Below, one piece after another: positions 53,280 to 63,044 of a DNA stretch of 64,000 nucleotides (its first letter is position 1; each line of letters opens with the position of its first letter). Source of the stretch: Candidatus Freyarchaeum deiterrae. Its GTDB lineage: Archaea; Asgardarchaeota; Jordiarchaeia; Jordiarchaeales; Jordiarchaeaceae. The stretch is taken from assembly GCA_037305845.1 (NCBI GenBank), contig CP147778.1, positions 3,264,001-3,328,000 of the forward strand. Direction: 5' to 3'. Both the position numbers and the translations under genes were made by a program. The notes beneath the pieces are model-generated. The model did no database searches and was not told the origin of the DNA. It was given only the letters and a program-made list of their open reading frames with translations.

Positions 53280-54770
53280 ATGAGTAAATCCAAATCCAAA
53301 ACTAAAGTTGAAGGCGAATACCATGTTTACAGACGGCGCTGGGCGGTTTTAGCCTCTTATTGTCTAGTCTTCTTCACAGCACAACTTCTATGGATTGAAT
53401 TTACTGCAATAACACAAACAGTGAGTTTCGCTTACGGGCCTTTCGCAGACCAGAGTTTAATCTCGCTCTTAACCATAGAAGGTCCCCTAGTGTCATTCGT
53501 GCTTTCCTTCCCGTTCGGAGCAGCCATTGATAAGTGGGGGTGGAAGAACCCCCTAGGAGTGACAGCAGTATCCCTCGCGGTGATAGGGATTTTGAGGTCT
53601 TTCGCACCAACCCTCTTAATTCTCCTAATTAGCCAAATAGCAATAACAACCGTGGGTCTTTTCGCGTTTAACGGTATATCAAAACTCACAACTCAGTGGT
53701 TTCCGTTCCATGAAGGGGCAACAGCTCAAGGAATAGGGACGCTATCCCAATTTGTCGGTCTAATGGTTCCCCTAGCTCTTTCACCTGTACTAGTAAACAT
53801 GTTAGGTAATCCACTACTGAATCCCTTTGAAAGCCTAAGAGAAACTAGTCTAATTTACGGCTTTATCGCGGTCGCGGTCGCTGTAATATTCTTTGCAGTT
53901 GCCAGAGAGAGGCCCCCAAAGCCACCAGAACAGAGAGTGGAGGAAGAGACGGTATCCCTGAGGAAGGGTTTCTCACGAATACTAAGAGTAGGGCAATTCT
54001 GGGTGCTATCCGCAGTTTTCTTATGCGGGTTCGCAATTTACTTGGGTTTAACAACCTGGATAACGAATATAATTTCCTCGAATGAACCCACCTTCCAGAA
54101 ATTCTTAGAGCTATACTCCGCACAAACAAACCCTTATGCTGTACCGTTCCTACTTTCCCAATCACAGGTTCAGGGTGGATTAGTAGCGGCTCTAATCACT
54201 CTCGGCGGAATCCTCGGCTGCTTGGTTCTACCTGCCATATCCGATAGGATAAACAGAAGGAAAATCTTTATGGCAATCGCAGCAATCCCCGCATTTATCC
54301 TTGTTTACATTATAGGAATGACCAATACCAGTGTAATGTTGACAATACCCGGGGTAAATATATCAATTTCAGTCGTAATGATAGCAGCGTTCCTTCTCGG
54401 ATTCTTCCTACTCTCCGCTTTACCAGTCGCTTTCCAGATGGCTATGGAAACAAAGGCAATCGGCCCCATGTTAGCCGGTCTAGCCGTAGGAGGACTGTTC
54501 ACCTTCGGAAACCTAGGCGGCACTATAGGTCCCCTCGTCATGCAATTCTTCCAAACCTCTTCTCTAACCAATACTTTGTCACAGTTACTCTACTGGCAAA
54601 ACTACATAACAATAATCAGCCAAGCCTGGTGGTTTACTCTAATCCCCAGTACCCCCATTGTTCTACCAGGATCCTTCTACATGGCTATACTCTTCATAGT
54701 GATAGTAGGACTGGCAGCAATTGCAGCGGTTGCACTTCTCAAAGATACTCACGCCGAAACAAAAACCTAA
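53280..54770 (+). CDS. MFS transporter
   Basis: 'Y.RRW.VL', 'G..IDKWG.K', 'SDRINRRK'; ~12 TM segments. Confidence 0.92.
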   Translation: MSKSKSKTKVEGEYHVYRRRWAVLASYCLVFFTAQLLWIEFTAITQTVSFAYGPFADQSLISLLTIEGPLVSFVLSFPFGAAIDKWGWKNPLGVTAVSLAVIGILRSFAPTLLILLISQIAITTVGLFAFNGISKLTTQWFPFHEGATAQGIGTLSQFVGLMVPLALSPVLVNMLGNPLLNPFESLRETSLIYGFIAVAVAVIFFAVARERPPKPPEQRVEEETVSLRKGFSRILRVGQFWVLSAVFLCGFAIYLGLTTWITNIISSNEPTFQKFLELYSAQTNPYAVPFLLSQSQVQGGLVAALITLGGILGCLVLPAISDRINRRKIFMAIAAIPAFILVYIIGMTNTSVMLTIPGVNISISVVMIAAFLLGFFLLSALPVAFQMAMETKAIGPMLAGLAVGGLFTFGNLGGTIGPLVMQFFQTSSLTNTLSQLLYWQNYITIISQAWWFTLIPSTPIVLPGSFYMAILFIVIVGLAAIAAVALLKDTHAETKT

Positions 54771-54846
54771 ACCCCCCCAGCAACAAAAAACATCTCCTCC
54801 CTTTTTTTTATTCTAAAGCCAATAAAACTAGTTCCTTCACACATTT

Positions 54847-55515
54847 TCATGCGTTACTCTGTTTTTTTCTACCCACAATCGTGTACATTATTCCTCCCCT
54901 GACATCTTCGATGCTGAAATGCTCTTTTTCTAACAATTGTTTCATCTCGCTGAGGGAACGCCATTTACGCGTTTGGAAATGTCCTCTTGCGTGCTTTAAT
55001 CCAGCCCTAAGAGCAAAAGAAACAAAAAACAAATTGGTTTTCCATTTTGGATATTCACTGTTCGAGTCTCTAACTATAAAAATACCCTCTTCTTTCAACA
55101 CTCGGTGTATCTCTTTGATGCCTTTTTTCAAGTCTCCCCACTCATGCACGCTGTCCAGACTCACTATAACATCCACATTTTCATCAGCTAGAGGAATTTT
55201 CTCAGCAGACCCAATTTTTACGCCGAAATCTTTAATTCCCCACTCCGCAGCCTTGTTTTTCGCGATTTCCAACATGCTATCAGAAGGATCCATACAAATA
55301 ATTTTGTAACGATTCTTTATCTTCTTAATTTCGAAGGAGAGCAGTCCTGGCCCGCTACCTAAATCTAAAACAGTCAATTTATCATTAGGTTTGTATTTCT
55401 CAACGTATTCAACTATCTCACGTGCGAATGGTTCGTATACTCTTTTAGTAACTTTGCTTCTTCTCTTAAAGTAGAGTTCTGCTCTTTCTTTTGTCCATTG
55501 GTGTTCTTCTCCCAT
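54847..55515 (-). CDS. Class I SAM-dependent methyltransferase
   Basis: 'VLDLGSGPG', 'GSAE.IPL.D..VDVIVS', 'EIHRVLK.EG'. Confidence 0.92.
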   Translation of the reverse strand: MGEEHQWTKERAELYFKRRSKVTKRVYEPFAREIVEYVEKYKPNDKLTVLDLGSGPGLLSFEIKKIKNRYKIICMDPSDSMLEIAKNKAAEWGIKDFGVKIGSAEKIPLADENVDVIVSLDSVHEWGDLKKGIKEIHRVLKEEGIFIVRDSNSEYPKWKTNLFFVSFALRAGLKHARGHFQTRKWRSLSEMKQLLEKEHFSIEDVRGGIMYTIVGRKKQSNA

Positions 55516-56052
55516 TATTAATCCTCCTCAGGGGTAGGCGAAGGCAATCAATTAATTTTTGTTATCGAAGTTTCTTGTGGTATATGAAAATAATGTGAAA
55601 AGGTTATATTTATTATGTTATGCAATGGTAAGGATGATTCGTTTTCAAAAAATGGGCTGGAAACTTGGGTATAGGTAGTTCATTTAAAGGATGAGTTTTT
55701 ACCGGTTTTGATTTCCCTAATATTTGCCAACTTTTATATTAACTAACTTCGAGAGCGTACGCTCTGCCATTTTTGCCACTTATAAAGTTCTTTACTAAAA
55801 ATATGTGAATATAGTGCAGTTGCAATTAACTCTTATAATTTATAACATAATTCAGCGGAAAAATAATAAAAAATAATAACAAGTTTTATTAAATAGATAA
55901 ACAACAAACAAAACAATAAAGGAAAATACACGACAAAATCAACAAATATGGTAAAAACATTTTTAAATAAAAAAGGCGCCAAATCTCTCAGGAAGGGTTC
56001 CAATTATATAAACTATGGAGGGCTAAGAAAAACAGTCAGCAGGAGATAGTTT

Positions 56053-59000
56053 ATGAAAAAGAGGGGAATACTAGTAATCATAATGATTCTTCTTCTAACA
56101 ATTTCGACACTTGTTGTACTTTCCGCATCAAACTCGAACTTTTCACCAATATTCCTAAACTCCCCCCAAAATAACATAGGAATAAGCACAAAATCATACA
56201 GCGGAAGCGGAACCCAGTTAAACGCAACACTCTACATAACAAACACTTACAATAATACACCGAATGCCACAAACACAATCTCCAATATATATGTTCCATC
56301 CCCTAGCGGTTGGGAAATCCTCAGGTCAAATCTGACTCTTTCTAATATTACTGCCCCAAATACAACCCTAGCATCGAATTACACCACTACTAACGCTACT
56401 TTGGATCTTAGCAATTTAACTGCGATGTCATTCCAACTGACAAACAATGCCTATCTGGACAATATCAGCGCTCAATTGAATGCAACTAATCCACCACCCA
56501 CTGCGAACTTTTATGTTTACAGTGCAGCCAATAACGGTGGGAAACCAATACCACTGCTTTTGATTGCATCCAACACTAGTGGTATTTCAATTCCAAGTGG
56601 AAATACTTGGGTTAATGCTAGCTTCGGACATCAATTTTTGAATATTTCGACAACATATAACAACACCTTTTTCATAGGCATTTGGCAGAGTTCGGGCCCT
56701 AAGGCTCCTCTGTGGAATGCTGTACAAGAATCTTCACCCCCTGGGAATGGATATGTTTACAATAATACTGGCTCAAGTTGGGTAGAAGTCCAAAATTATG
56801 ACTGTCAACTCGTAGTTAACGTTAGTGCAAGTAATAATACGCCAGCTGATAGTGCCTTCCCCTCAGAGATAGGATTAACCATTAACGGTTCACCGGTTCA
56901 GAATAGCAGTAAGGGTAACGGAGTATGGATTAATAGTACCGCAACTTCTGGCACAAATGGGTACGTTTTTTATGATGTGAATTCAACTTGGATGTCTACT
57001 GTGAGTTTCTCTTACATTTGGAATATTACTATGAGCAGGAATGCATCTGTTAGTGCACTCACTAATTTTTATGTTAGCCTTAATACTGGTGCTTCTTGGA
57101 ATATTACTGTGAATGCTGCTGGTAGTGACGGCTTCCCGCTGACCAATGGTGCTAATCACATAAACATCACAGGGACTCCCTCAGACTGGAATTTTACAAA
57201 TTCGATGGTTTATAACGTGTCTGGCAGCCAGTGGATTAATCTTGATTCTCGCCCACCTGATAATATCAGTTTCACTGCCGGTAATGGTACTTGGATTGTG
57301 AACTGCACAGCTCCTAACTATGTTTCCAGCATAGGCTTTTGGGTTGGTGGGGTTCCGGTTGCAAACGCGACCCTATACGACAACCTTAATATTACGGTGA
57401 ACTTTGCTGCCTTGGTTAACGGTTCCGCTAACCTAAGCATCTACGATTCATTTCAGATTCTGAATCATACGGAGGTAAAAACTGTAACTTCTTCTTCAAG
57501 CACTTGGTTTACTTGGAATGTTAGTAATAATGCCACTTCCACTGGACCATATAATGTAACCATCAGTTTTAAGGATGGATCGGTAGTCGGATACAATGAA
57601 ACATCTCTTTTGATTGTGCCTCTAACGAATACTTCTCTCGCCGTGACCAGTTATCCGCCCAACGTTGAGTACCCTGGCCCTGTTCCCATAACTCTTTACT
57701 ATAACAATACGGATAACAATAGCGGTGTAGCGGGGGCAACTATCACTGCCTATTTCACAAACTCAACATCCGCAACGATTCAGGGGCTTATCACTGATTA
57801 TGGAAACGGCACTTACAGTCTTAATTTAAATTTCAGTACAGACATTGGCATCCTTAGCGTGAAGTTCAATGCTAGCAATGTAAGACTCTTCAACTCGAGT
57901 GTTTCCAGTCCAATCCAGGTTAACTATACGCAGGCATTGGTTAGTATTCAGCAGTTGAGTACACCTTCAAGTGTTCCACTTGGTACCAGCTTGGTGGTTG
58001 AGGCTCAGCTATTGTATAATTCCAGCGGTCTTCCTGTTGCTGTTGGTGAGACTGTTTATTTCAATTTTTCAGTGAGATTTGGTGACAATTCAAGCACAAT
58101 TCTTCCAAGTAGTGGCCCAACTAATAGTACGGGTTGGGCAAAAGGTACTATTCAGGTGCCAAGTAATGCTGTTGAGCTAAATGTCACTGCTTATTACATC
58201 GGTAAAACTACCGTTTCTGGAGCAACAAGTTCTACGAACTCCGTTACTTTAACAAGTGCTCCGGTTAACCCCCCGGATACTGGTTTAGCTGCGTTGATGT
58301 TTCTTATTCTGACGCAGCAGAATCAGAACTCTCTGCTTTATCCTATTCTGGGGGTTGTAATCGGCTCTGTAGTAGCGGTTTTCGTGATAACTGATAGAGC
58401 GCGTAGGAAACACGAGGTTCCTCTAAAGGCTTTGGCTAGTCTTGAGAATATTATTGTGGATCACATTCTCAGCGGCGTCACAATTTGGGCTTTTGACTTC
58501 TTAAAGATGGAACAGGACGCAGTTCTGGTTTCTGGTTTCATGTCAGCGGTCAAGTCCTTCTTGGGAGAGATGAAGAAGGGCGGTCTGAGGAAATTGGAGA
58601 CAGAGTTTGGAACATTCATTAGAGAGGATGGAGAACTTCTGACCGTTACTTGTATCACAAGTGGTAGCACTCAAGAGGAAGAGAAATGGATCAGAGAAAA
58701 GCTGCACAGCTTCGTGGCAACTGCCGAGCAGCAAAACTGGGACAGACTCGTGAACTGGAGTGGCGAAGTTTCACACTTCAGATCGAAATTCTTGAAGACC
58801 CTGTCATCGTTGATCGATTTAGAGAAGGCGGAGCAGCTTCAGAGAGAGAAGGTTCTAAAAATACTTAAGGAAAGAGAGCGTCTTCAGGCGGAGCTCAATA
58901 ATCTGGGTTCAAAGCTGGAAACTCTTAACCAGCAACTCTCCGGAGGGATAATTGGCGAAGGGGAGTTTGAAGCTCGGAGGACCGAGATAGAACCGAAGTA

Positions 59001-59268
59001 CGACAAAATTCAGATGGACTACGTCCGTGCCAGTATCCTTCTATCAAAGATACCCTACACACTAGAAACTGTGTGGGAGACACCGAAAACCCATGAGGAA
59101 ATAGAAAAGATAAGGGACAAATTCATTGAAATCACCATGGAGATAGATTCGCTGCAAAGGAAAGAGCAAATAGGCCGCATAAGTTCCAAAGAATTAAAAC
59201 ATAAAGAAAATCTTAGGAAGGAGCTAACGGCTCTCATAGAAAAACTGGATAAAAGGCAAGCAGAATAA
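56053..59268 (+). CDS. Single-pass surface glycoprotein with cytoplasmic longin-like domain and helical hairpins
   Basis: Signal peptide; ~730-aa N/S/T-rich beta ectodomain; TM 'LLYPILGVVIGSVVAVFVIT'; then 'NIIV.H..SG..IW.FDF....D..LVSGF.SAV.SF..E'; charged helical C-terminus. Confidence 0.75.
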   Translation: MKKRGILVIIMILLLTISTLVVLSASNSNFSPIFLNSPQNNIGISTKSYSGSGTQLNATLYITNTYNNTPNATNTISNIYVPSPSGWEILRSNLTLSNITAPNTTLASNYTTTNATLDLSNLTAMSFQLTNNAYLDNISAQLNATNPPPTANFYVYSAANNGGKPIPLLLIASNTSGISIPSGNTWVNASFGHQFLNISTTYNNTFFIGIWQSSGPKAPLWNAVQESSPPGNGYVYNNTGSSWVEVQNYDCQLVVNVSASNNTPADSAFPSEIGLTINGSPVQNSSKGNGVWINSTATSGTNGYVFYDVNSTWMSTVSFSYIWNITMSRNASVSALTNFYVSLNTGASWNITVNAAGSDGFPLTNGANHINITGTPSDWNFTNSMVYNVSGSQWINLDSRPPDNISFTAGNGTWIVNCTAPNYVSSIGFWVGGVPVANATLYDNLNITVNFAALVNGSANLSIYDSFQILNHTEVKTVTSSSSTWFTWNVSNNATSTGPYNVTISFKDGSVVGYNETSLLIVPLTNTSLAVTSYPPNVEYPGPVPITLYYNNTDNNSGVAGATITAYFTNSTSATIQGLITDYGNGTYSLNLNFSTDIGILSVKFNASNVRLFNSSVSSPIQVNYTQALVSIQQLSTPSSVPLGTSLVVEAQLLYNSSGLPVAVGETVYFNFSVRFGDNSSTILPSSGPTNSTGWAKGTIQVPSNAVELNVTAYYIGKTTVSGATSSTNSVTLTSAPVNPPDTGLAALMFLILTQQNQNSLLYPILGVVIGSVVAVFVITDRARRKHEVPLKALASLENIIVDHILSGVTIWAFDFLKMEQDAVLVSGFMSAVKSFLGEMKKGGLRKLETEFGTFIREDGELLTVTCITSGSTQEEEKWIREKLHSFVATAEQQNWDRLVNWSGEVSHFRSKFLKTLSSLIDLEKAEQLQREKVLKILKERERLQAELNNLGSKLETLNQQLSGGIIGEGEFEARRTEIEPKYDKIQMDYVRASILLSKIPYTLETVWETPKTHEEIEKIRDKFIEITMEIDSLQRKEQIGRISSKELKHKENLRKELTALIEKLDKRQAE

Positions 59269-59348
59269 TTAAGCCTTTTCTAACTTAATTTCTAATTTTT
59301 CTTCTTTTTTGAGAATGTATCTTCTTGTATTAAAGCTAGTAGTTATTT

Positions 59349-60779
59349 TCAGGTATTCATTATTTTCGGGCCGAATGGGCAGGAAACATCAGGTCCCAGC
59401 CAGTCTCCACCAGTTATGTACGCAGTGTATCTGCAACCGCCGCATATACTCTTGTATGTGCATTTTTTACAAGCACCTTTTAGCTCCTTTCGGTTTCTTA
59501 TGTAATTTAGTACTTCGTTGTGCATCCAGATCTCTTCCAAGCTCTGTTCAAGAAGGTTTCCCAATTTTATTGGGGCGGGGACACAGGGAAGCAGGTCTCC
59601 AGAAGCGGTGAGCCCCGCGTAGGTTAAGCCGGTCGAGCATCCACTAAAGCCTGCTGCAAGCTTTCTCACAATTTTGGAAACTTCAAGTCCAAATTTATCT
59701 TGAAACATTTTTTCGTGTCCTGATAAAGCTTCACTCACTGTGAGGATTTCACCATTTGAACGCTCGTGACATAGACGAGCATAGTAGGTCATTCCCCGAG
59801 CATAACACTGAATACCAAACCCGTTAACCACGCTTTCATGAAATTTTTTGTATATCGCTTCAAGTGCTCTTATCTTCTCCTTAGGCTTCACGTCAAGGTA
59901 CATTGCGTCGCATCCACGACCAGCAGGTATAAGCCGATTCAAATAGAATCTGGTCACACCAAGTTTCTCCGCCAAATCCATGGTCTCTTCCACCTCGTTA
60001 ACATTCTCACTGTACAGAGTCATGGTGGTGGCCAGCTCGTCAAAGCCCACAGAGGCGCAATTTCTTATTCCCTGAATCGTGGCTTCAAAGCTCCCGGGCC
60101 TGTTTCTCAGGAAATCATGAGTCGCAGGTCTCGCGCCGTCTAAACCTATTTCTACCCGTTTAATACCTGTCTCAGCCAGTCTTTTCGCTGTCTCAGGAGT
60201 CATCATGGTACCATTGGATGCTATTGTGCAAAGCATGCCGCAGTCGTATGCTCTTTTAATCACGTCGAAGATGTCCTTGCGTAGTAGCGGTTCTCCTCCA
60301 GAAAAGGTGAGTATAGCTACTCCTGCGTCGCTCATGTTGTCTACAACCTTGAAGGCTTGAGAAGTAGTTAATTCAGGATGTGAGGAAGCTGGTGAGGAGT
60401 CTTGATGGCAGTGAAGGCAGTTGAGGTTGCATCTATTAGTGAAATTCCAAACAATAGTTATTGGGGCACCGCAGGGCTGTGGATCCCTTAATCCAAAATT
60501 CGCAACACCCTTCACCACGCTGAGCATACACTTACGGATTAGCGAATCTTCCAGCAACCGTTTCACGGTGTTACTATCAATTCCCAGACGGAAGAATATT
60601 AGGCGAATTAGGGGCCTTAGAGCCGTTGATGTTAACAAGCAACTTTCACAGACTGAGTGCCCATTTTTTGAATATTCGTCAAAGACTGAAAGTAATCGTT
60701 CCTGCCCACATTTCTCACAATTACCTGTCAAATAGTGTGAAAGAGCTTTCCAAACAGGGTTAAAAACACTATATTTCAT
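59349..60779 (-). CDS. Radical SAM/SPASM protein with N-terminal CxxC...CxxC extension
   Basis: 'WNFTNRCNLNCLHC', 'FSGGEPL', SPASM 'GC...G.LLPC...C..C....C.GCR..A...C'. Confidence 0.92.
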   Translation of the reverse strand: MKYSVFNPVWKALSHYLTGNCEKCGQERLLSVFDEYSKNGHSVCESCLLTSTALRPLIRLIFFRLGIDSNTVKRLLEDSLIRKCMLSVVKGVANFGLRDPQPCGAPITIVWNFTNRCNLNCLHCHQDSSPASSHPELTTSQAFKVVDNMSDAGVAILTFSGGEPLLRKDIFDVIKRAYDCGMLCTIASNGTMMTPETAKRLAETGIKRVEIGLDGARPATHDFLRNRPGSFEATIQGIRNCASVGFDELATTMTLYSENVNEVEETMDLAEKLGVTRFYLNRLIPAGRGCDAMYLDVKPKEKIRALEAIYKKFHESVVNGFGIQCYARGMTYYARLCHERSNGEILTVSEALSGHEKMFQDKFGLEVSKIVRKLAAGFSGCSTGLTYAGLTASGDLLPCVPAPIKLGNLLEQSLEEIWMHNEVLNYIRNRKELKGACKKCTYKSICGGCRYTAYITGGDWLGPDVSCPFGPKIMNT

Positions 60780-61032
60780 GTTTATTTCTGTCCCCTTAAA
60801 TTAAGCCTTTGAGGGCGTGAAAATGATTCCAGGTAGACTTGTTACAATTTTTTAGGAGAATTAAAACATTTCTATTACGGCTGGACCGCTATCCTTGTAA
60901 CGCTAGCTCTTTCTCTGCAATCCGTAGAATCTATATTTTCCAATTAATCTTCTTAGAATCAGAAATTTTAGGGACTGCAATCACAAATCAGTATTCGATA
61001 TGGGAATAGTTGGCCTGTTACTGCAATAGAAT

Positions 61033-61980
61033 TTATGTGCTTAAGTCGAGAGATAGGGTTTGTAAACATTTTGCTTCTACTAGATCCGATATCGCATTTT
61101 TGAGGATTCCCAACATTTTTTCTCTATTTTTCGGGTCGGTGGCAACTAATCCATATGCTTTTATTCCTATTTGTTTCTCGATTGCCTCTGGAGGGACTGC
61201 GTCTGGTAAATCCTGCTTGTTCGCTACTAATATGACGATTACATCTGGTTTCTCAGTTTTAACCATTTGTAATATTCCTTTAGTTTCCGTTAGGCTTTCA
61301 GCTTTTGAGTCGGTAACAAGTATTGCCACGTCGGCTCCCTCAAGAAAGGGTTGCCAGAGTTTCCTGTAACGAGGCTGGCCCGAAAAGTCCCAAAAAACAA
61401 GTCTCGTGTCCTTGGGTTCAAAATCGAACTCTTTGACATCCACTCCGACCGTTGGAACATAGGCGAAATTCGGTTCTTCTCCTATAATGAGTTTTAGGAG
61501 TGAAGTTTTTCCAACTCCCCCCCGACCGAGGATCGCCATTTTAAAGAAGGGAAACAAAATCTCATCCACCGTCTGTCCAAATTGCTCAAAAATATTTTCT
61601 ACGACTTTTTCCTCTGTCTCTTTATCTGTCTCCTTCTGTTCCACCGCATTCTCTACTTTCTCCACTTTTGAAGCCTTCTTAAGGAGTTTGAATTCTTTCT
61701 GTAATTTTATGAGTTTGTTTGAGACGTACATTTCGTCTTCGTTTTTGTCTGTACACAATAAGAAGATTACATCCTCAAAGAGGGAGTAAGCATATTTCAG
61801 GTTTTCAATACTTATACATTCGATTCTTTCGGTCTGGTCAATGTTTTGTATAAAGGCTGCTAACTCTTTAATAAAATGGGATACGAGTTCATGGTCAAGT
61901 TTAAGTTCTCCGTAAAACTTTTTGAAGAGCTCCGTTCCAGACTTTTCGAGAATGAATACTCCATATATCACTTTCCTCAC
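61033..61980 (-). CDS. Longin-like domain + Arf-like small GTPase fusion, copy 1
   Basis: G1 GRGGVGKTS, G2 PTVG, G3 WDFSGQ, 'RYRKLW', G4 NKQD; N-terminal 'IYGVFILEKSG..LF.KFY'. Confidence 0.85.
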   Translation of the reverse strand: MRKVIYGVFILEKSGTELFKKFYGELKLDHELVSHFIKELAAFIQNIDQTERIECISIENLKYAYSLFEDVIFLLCTDKNEDEMYVSNKLIKLQKEFKLLKKASKVEKVENAVEQKETDKETEEKVVENIFEQFGQTVDEILFPFFKMAILGRGGVGKTSLLKLIIGEEPNFAYVPTVGVDVKEFDFEPKDTRLVFWDFSGQPRYRKLWQPFLEGADVAILVTDSKAESLTETKGILQMVKTEKPDVIVILVANKQDLPDAVPPEAIEKQIGIKAYGLVATDPKNREKMLGILKNAISDLVEAKCLQTLSLDLST

Positions 61981-62066
61981 TTCCGAAAATTTTTAACATT
62001 TATTTGTAAGAGTTCCCTCTTTAGGGGCGGGGTAGTTGACCTGTTAGTGGCAATATAATTTATGTA

Positions 62067-63005
62067 TTAATGTTGGGCGGTTGTTGTTTTAGTTCTAGAT
62101 TCTATTATTTTGTTTATCGTTTCTTTGAGGATTTTCATCATTTTTTCAATGTAGTTTAGGTCGGTTGCAACTAATCCGTGCGCCTTTAGTCCTAAGTATT
62201 TTCCAACTTTTTCCGGAGGAATAGCGTCTGGTAAATCTTGCTTGTTCGCAATTAGTATGATGTTTACCTTCGGTTCTTCTTTCTTAATCAGTTGGTATAT
62301 TCTTTTGGTTTCCTCCAAGTTTTCCACAGTCGAATCGGTGACCAGCACGACAATGTCGGCTCCTTCGAGTAGGGGCTTCCAGAGTTTCCTGTAACGTTGC
62401 TGACCGGAAAAGTCCCAAAAAACAAGTCTCATGTTCTTTGATTCAAAGCCGAACTCTTTAACGTCCACTCCAACTGTTGGGATGTATGTGGGATCCTGCT
62501 CTTCGCCCATGATGAGTTTTCGGATAGTAGTTTTTCCAACCCCTCCCTGTCCCAGGATCACTATTTTAAGGTAGGGGAACAAAATCGCATCCATCTTATC
62601 CTCAAATCCTACTGAAGAATCCTCAGCCGGTATCACTGCATCTGGGTTGATTCCTTCTTTTTCCATGGCAGCCCTGACTGCAGCTGATCTCGGCATGCCC
62701 TTGTGAAGTTTAAGAAATTCCACTTGAACTTTTACTATTTTGTCAGTGAGATATATTTCGTCTTCCTTTTGATCCGAGCATATTACAGAAATCATATCCT
62801 CAAATATAGAGTAAACAAATTTCAGCTTTTCAAGATTCAGAGTACCGATTCTTTCGGTCTGGTCCATGTCTTGTACAAATGATGTTAATTCTGTTACAAA
62901 ACGGAATAAGCGATCTTGGTCAAAGTTGATATTTCCATAAAATTTTTGGTAAAAGTTTCTTCCAAACCTGTCGAATGTGAATACTCCATATATCACTTTT
63001 CTCAC
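62067..63005 (-). CDS. Longin-like domain + Arf-like small GTPase fusion, copy 2
   Basis: GQGGVGKTT, PTVG, WDFSGQ, NKQD; same N-domain. Confidence 0.85.
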   Translation of the reverse strand: MRKVIYGVFTFDRFGRNFYQKFYGNINFDQDRLFRFVTELTSFVQDMDQTERIGTLNLEKLKFVYSIFEDMISVICSDQKEDEIYLTDKIVKVQVEFLKLHKGMPRSAAVRAAMEKEGINPDAVIPAEDSSVGFEDKMDAILFPYLKIVILGQGGVGKTTIRKLIMGEEQDPTYIPTVGVDVKEFGFESKNMRLVFWDFSGQQRYRKLWKPLLEGADIVVLVTDSTVENLEETKRIYQLIKKEEPKVNIILIANKQDLPDAIPPEKVGKYLGLKAHGLVATDLNYIEKMMKILKETINKIIESRTKTTTAQH

Positions 63006-63044
63006 CTTCGAAAACTTTTAACATTTATTTATGAGCCCCCCTCT

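Noticed and set aside
59349-61030. Radical SAM/SPASM protein as a RiPP maturase or part of the GTPase system
   Set aside because: No precursor peptide or transporter is evident nearby, and it has its own upstream region; a link cannot be supported from sequence.
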